Assembly: GCF_009914755.1 (NCBI RefSeq) | Contig: NC_060927.1 | Direction: 5' to 3' (one strand) | Length of the DNA stretch: 64,000 nucleotides | Source of the DNA: the human T2T-CHM13v2.0 reference genome, Homo sapiens | Part shown: piece after piece, positions 58,641 through 64,000 of the stretch | Layout of the letters: every line of letters begins with the position of its first letter | Numbering within the stretch: the stretch's first letter is position 1 | Translations under genes and position numbers: made by a program | The notes under the pieces: generated by a model | The model's input: only the letters and a program-made list of their open reading frames with translations | Databases searched by the model: none | What the model was told of the DNA's origin: nothing

Positions 58641-61600
58641 GAATTGAATTTGTTATTGAAAAACCTGCTCATAGATAAATCTCTTGGGCCCAGTAGACTT
58701 CATTGATGAATTCTACCAGACATTTTAAGAAATAAGTAACATGAATTTTATATAAAATATTCCAGAGAACAGAAGAAAAGATAAGATTTTCCTAACTCCT
58801 TTTATGAAGCATCATAATCTTTATTTCAAAACTTAACAAGGATGTAGCAGTTAAGGAAAATTACAGGCCAGTCTTATGTGAATGTTAATATAAAACTGTT
58901 AGTCAAAATATTAACAAACTAAATCCAGCAATATTTAGAAATTACATACTAACTTAGGTTTATTCTAGTCATTCTGGGTTGTTTCAACATTCATAAATCA
59001 ACATAATTCATCATATTATCAGAGGAAAAAACACCATAGTTATCTCAATCCAGGAAAAGAATTTAATGAAATTCAGTTATCCATTTGTGATAAAAATATT
59101 AAAATCCCTTAGAAAATCAGAAATGTTAAGGGAATTTCCTTAATCTAGTAAAATGGTATATAAGAAACATAGCAAGTAGCAATTAATGTAACCCATTGTT
59201 AGAAGCTTTCCTTCAGAGATTGTGAATGAGACAAGGATGCCCAGTATCACCACTTTTTTTGTTGTTGTTATTGTAGTGGAGGTGTAGCTAGTGCAATAAA
59301 GCAAGAAAAATAAATAAAAGACATAAGGCTTAGAGAGGAAGAAATACCACTGCAGTAATTAGCACATGCTTTGTTGGTGTACACAGAAAACCTAAAAAAT
59401 CTATGTAGACAGAATTAACAAATGAAATAGTAGATTTGCTGAGTTAAAGGTTAATTTACAAAAATTTATTGATTCTTTGTACCAGCAAAAAGCAATTAAA
59501 AATGAAGTTAAAAAAGATACCCTTGACAAGAGTATCAAAAAAGCACCAAATAGAGAAAATCCAATGAAAGAGGTATAAGACCTCTGCACAGAAAGCTCTA
59601 AATTATGGAGAGAAATTAAAACTGATATAAATGGAAGAATAGATGTTCATGGATAGAAAGACTCAATATTTTAAAGGTATTGGTTTCTCCAATTTTGATC
59701 TATTCAGTATTATTCTAATTAAAACTCCAGTATATTTTAAAGTGAAAATCAACAAGGTTGATTCTCAAATTTATATGGCAGTAGCCAAAACAATCTTGAT
59801 GAAGAGAAATTAAGGTGGAGCACTTAGGGTACTAGAAAACAAGATTTATTAAAAACTATATTAAGACAGTGTGGTATTGCAAGGATAGAAAAACAGACCA
59901 ATGGAACAGAATAAAGAGTCCCGTAACAGAGATCCCACATATGTGAACATTTGATTCATGACAAGATGACACTGCAAGATGGTGGGGAGTCTTTTCAATA
60001 CATGTCACTGGATCAACTGAGTAACAATATGGGGGAAAAAGAAAGATTTTGACTTCTAGTTTTATACCATATACCAAATTCAATTCTAGATGGATTACGA
60101 ATTTAAATGTGAAATGCTGAAGATTTTCTAGAAGATGACATAAGAGAAAATCTTAGTGCCTTGGAGTAGGGAAAGATTTCTTAAAAAATAGTGATAAAAG
60201 GTTACTAATTTAGACTATATTAAAATAATGAACATTTCATATATTTACAACATACAACCAACAAAAGATAAAGAACATCTATAAATTAATAAGTTAACTG
60301 AGTAGAAAAATGGGCAAAAGACAAATAGTCATTTCACAAAGGAAGATATCAAAATGACCAGCGAGCATGTGAAAAGGTGCTTGGTTTCACAGGTTACTAG
60401 GAAAATGCAAATTACAATCACAAGATAACCCTAAACATACACCAGAAAGGCTAAAAGTTAAAAGACTAATAATACTAAGTTACTATAGGGGTATGAAACA
60501 GCTCAGTATTTTATCAAAAAGAGTGCTGTACTTTTCTGTGCAAATATTTACTTTCAATTTAATTTTGTTTTAAAAAGCAACAGTCAATTCCCATTTTCAG
60601 TAGTAGAAGATACACATTTTGTGTATTTTTTCCCATGGGTATTCTGGATTGTTCCCCGTTGGGCCTGGAAGTTTGGAAATGGTTGAACATGACTTAGCAT
60701 GTTTGCTTTCTGCTTTAAACACTAAAAGTCCTTGTCTTTTCACATTTTACATTTATGCAAAGTACATTTGTATTTTTTTCCTTGCTTATTTCTTTTATAT
60801 TAATATATTCTGTTTACATGCATAATTTTTCCCACTTTGTTTTATTCTAGAACTCTTGTAGTAGGAAGTACTAGAAGATCTGTGAATATCTTAGTCTTGT
60901 TACCTTCATTAACAGCTAATATTCTCACTTCTGTTTAATGATCAGTGACTTAGTATTGCATAAGAATCAATAGTCCAATTAACTAAATTGAAGCGCTCAT
61001 TTCTCCCTTTCAGTGTTACTGAAGTTTTATTTTCTGGGAGGGGGATGTTGAATTCCACATTATTGTTTTTAGTGTTTTTTCAGAATCATTTTTCCAGAAT
61101 ACTTTTTACCTTTTTGAGGATGGACTTTTTGCAGTGCACTTTAACTGTATAGAGTGTGCAAATGACATTTCAGCTGGACTTGGGGGAGCTGTTCTGGCAT
61201 TTTGGTTTGCAAATCAAACATGCACTCTCTTTTAGTCTCTTTTCTTTGTATTTCTTCTCATTGTTTCTTTTGGATCTGGTACTGTCATCTGCATTTCTTC
61301 ATTAATTAACAAATTTGCCTGGAGATAATTTTTACTGCTCCTTGTCTTAAAAACATTTTACTTCCTACCTTTCTCCTTGTCAATAAACAGGATATATGTA
61401 ATTTGGGATTTATCTAATCTGTTAGTGATGGATGAAAAGACTCAAAGTGCCAAGAGATCAGGAAAATTCAGATCAATCCAGGCAGGAGGAATCATTAGGT
61501 GTGACTCTCAGAAGGACAGGGATCTTCAAGTGGGTCACAGGGTCAGACTGGCAAAGCGTTTTCTTCTGGATGTGGGTTCACAAGGGATATAGGTGATTCT

Positions 61601-61659
61601 AGTGAAAGAAGAGAGCCAAATGAGAGTGATTGTGAAGCGTTGTAGTCAGAAATGTGATT

Positions 61660-64000
61660 GTTTTTCTTTTTTTTAAATTTAAATTTTATTTTAAATTCAG
61701 GGGTACATGTGTAGGTTTGTTATATAGGTAAACTTGTGTCGTGGGGGTTTATTGTACAGATTATTTCATCACCCAGGTATTAAGCCTAGTACCCCTTAGT
61801 TATTTCTTTCCTGATTCTCTCCCTTTACCCTCCAGTAAGCCTCAGTATGTTGTTCCCCTCTATGTGTCCCATGCGTTCTCATCACTTAGCTCCCATTTAT
61901 AAGTGAGAATATGCGGTATTTGGTTTTCTGTTCCTGCAAAAGACGTGATCTCATTCTTTTTTATGGCTGCATAGTATTCCAATGTACCTCATTTTCTTTA
62001 GTCTACCATTGATGGACATTTAGGTTGATACTGTGTTTTTGCTCTTGTGAATAGTGCTGCGGTGAACTTACGTGTGTATGTGTCTTTCTGATGGAACGAT
62101 TTACATTTTTTTGGGTATATACCTAGTAATGGGATTGCTGGGTTGAATGATATTTCTGTTTTTATATCTTTAAGGGATCACCATCATCTTCCATAGTGGT
62201 TAAACTAATTTACACTTCCACCAACAGTGTATAAGCGTTCTCTTTTCTCTGCAACCTTGCCAGCATCTGTTATATTTTGACTTTTAAATAATAGCCATTC
62301 TGACCAATGTGAGATGGTATTTCATTGTGGTTTTGATTTGTGTTTCTCTTAAGATCAATGATGTTGAGCATTTTTTTATATGATTGTTGGCTGCCTGTAT
62401 GCCTTCTTTTGAAAAGTGTCTGTTCATATCTTTTGCCCAGTTTTTAGTGGGGTGGTTTGTTTTTTTCTTGTAACTTTTAAGTTCTTTATAGATGCTGGAT
62501 ACTAGTCTTTTGTCAGATGCATAGTTTGCAAAAGTTTTCTTCCATTCTATATGTTGTTCACTCTGTTGATAGTTTCATTTGCTGTAAAGAAACTCTTTAA
62601 TTAGATCCCATTTGTTGACTTGCTTTTGTTGCAGTTGCTTTTGGTGTCTTTGTCGTGAAATCTTTGTCTGTTTCCATGTCCAGAATGGCATTGCTGGGGT
62701 TGTCTTCCAGAGTTTTTTATAGTTTTGGGCTTTACACTTAAGTCTTTAATCCATCTTGAGTTAATTCTGTATATAATACAAGGAAGGGGTCCAGTTGCAA
62801 TCTTCTGCATGTGGCTAGCCAGTTATCCCAGCACCGTTTATTGAATAGGGAGTCCTTTCCTTATTGCTTGTTTTTGTCAGTTTTGTTGAAGATCAGATAG
62901 TTACAGGTGTGCAGCCTTATTTCTGGGTTCTCTATTCTCTTCCATTGGTCTATGTATCTGTTTTTGTACCAGTGCCATACTGTTTTGGTTACTGTAGCCC
63001 TGTAGTATAGTTTGAAGTTGGGTAGTGTGATGCTTCTAGGTGTGTTCTTTTTCCTTGGGATTGCCTTAGCTATTCAGGCTCTTTTTTGGTTCCATATGAA
63101 TTTTAAAATAGTTTTTCCTAGTTCTGTGAAGAATGTCATTTGGTAGTTTAATAGGAATAGTGTTGAATCTATAAATTGCTTTGGGCAGTATAGCCATTTT
63201 AATGATACTGATTCTTCCTTCCATGAGCATGGAATGTTTTTCCATTTGTTTGTGTCATCTCTAATTTCTTTGAGCAGTGTTGTATATTTTTTCTATAGAT
63301 TTTTCACCTCCCTGGTTAGCTATATTCCTGGGTATTTTATTCTTTTTGTGACATTTGTGAATGGGATTGCATTCCTGATTTGGCTCTCAGCTTGACTGTT
63401 CATGGTGTATAGCAGTGCTGTGACTTTTGTACATTGATTTTATATCCTGAGACTTTGCTGAAGTTGTTTATCAGCTTAAGGAGCTTTTGGGCTGAAACTA
63501 TGGGGTTTTCTAGATAGAGGATCATGTCGTCTACAAACAGGAATAGTTTGACTTCCTCTCTTCCTATTTGGATGCCCTTTATTTCTTTATTTTGCCTGAT
63601 TGCTCTGGCCAGGACTTCTAAAACTATGTTGAATAGGAGTGGTGAGAGAGGGCATCCTTCTCTTCTGCTGGTTTTCAAGGGTTTCCAGCTTTTGCCCATT
63701 CAGTATGATATTGGCTTTGGGTTTGTCATAGATGGCTCTTACTATTTTGAGGTGCGTTTCTTCAGTACCTAGTTTATTGAGAGTTTTTAACATGGAAGGG
63801 TGTTGAATTTTATCAAAAGCCTTTTCTGTATCTATTGAGATAATCATGTGGTTTTTGGCTTTAGTTCTGTTTATGTGATGAATCACATTTATTGATTTGT
63901 GTCTGTCGAGCCAACCTTGCATCCTAGGGATGAAGCCTACTTGACTGTGGTGGATAAGCTTTTTGATGTGCTGCTGGATTTGATTTGCCATTATTTTGTT
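61660..64000 (-). mobile_element. L1PA-type LINE 3' portion (runs off the window end)
   Basis: L1PA 3' UTR (GGGTACATGTGTAGGTTTGTTATATAGGTAAAC) and ORF2 reverse-transcriptase fragments ([35 protein letters not shown]; [10 protein letters not shown]). Confidence 0.93.

Overview
Primate (very probably human) genomic DNA covering the head-to-head ANAPC13/CEP63 locus. On the minus strand is the complete 3-exon ANAPC13 gene (74-aa APC/C subunit, CDS 22076-21978 plus 17887-17762). On the plus strand are the 5' end and first two coding exons of CEP63 (34498-34541, 46314-46491). The two genes share a CpG-island bidirectional promoter at about 24.8-25.8 kb. CEP63 introns are filled with nested repeats (L1 within L1, Alus, MaLR/ERV LTRs, an HERV-K LTR5 solo LTR, hAT and Tigger DNA transposons) and carry a processed DPPA4 pseudogene on the minus strand. 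Gene and repeat names come from my recognition of the sequence, not from database searches, and subfamily calls and many repeat boundaries are approximate. Nearly all of the supplied ORFs are repeat-derived or chance ORFs. I see no convincing new biological system. The best leads are an 85-nt templated copy of the putative ANAPC13 3' end inserted into an old LTR, co-oriented LTRs upstream of the DPPA4 retrocopy (a possible antisense transcription unit), overlapping alternative first exons at the promoter, and three co-oriented CTCF motifs.
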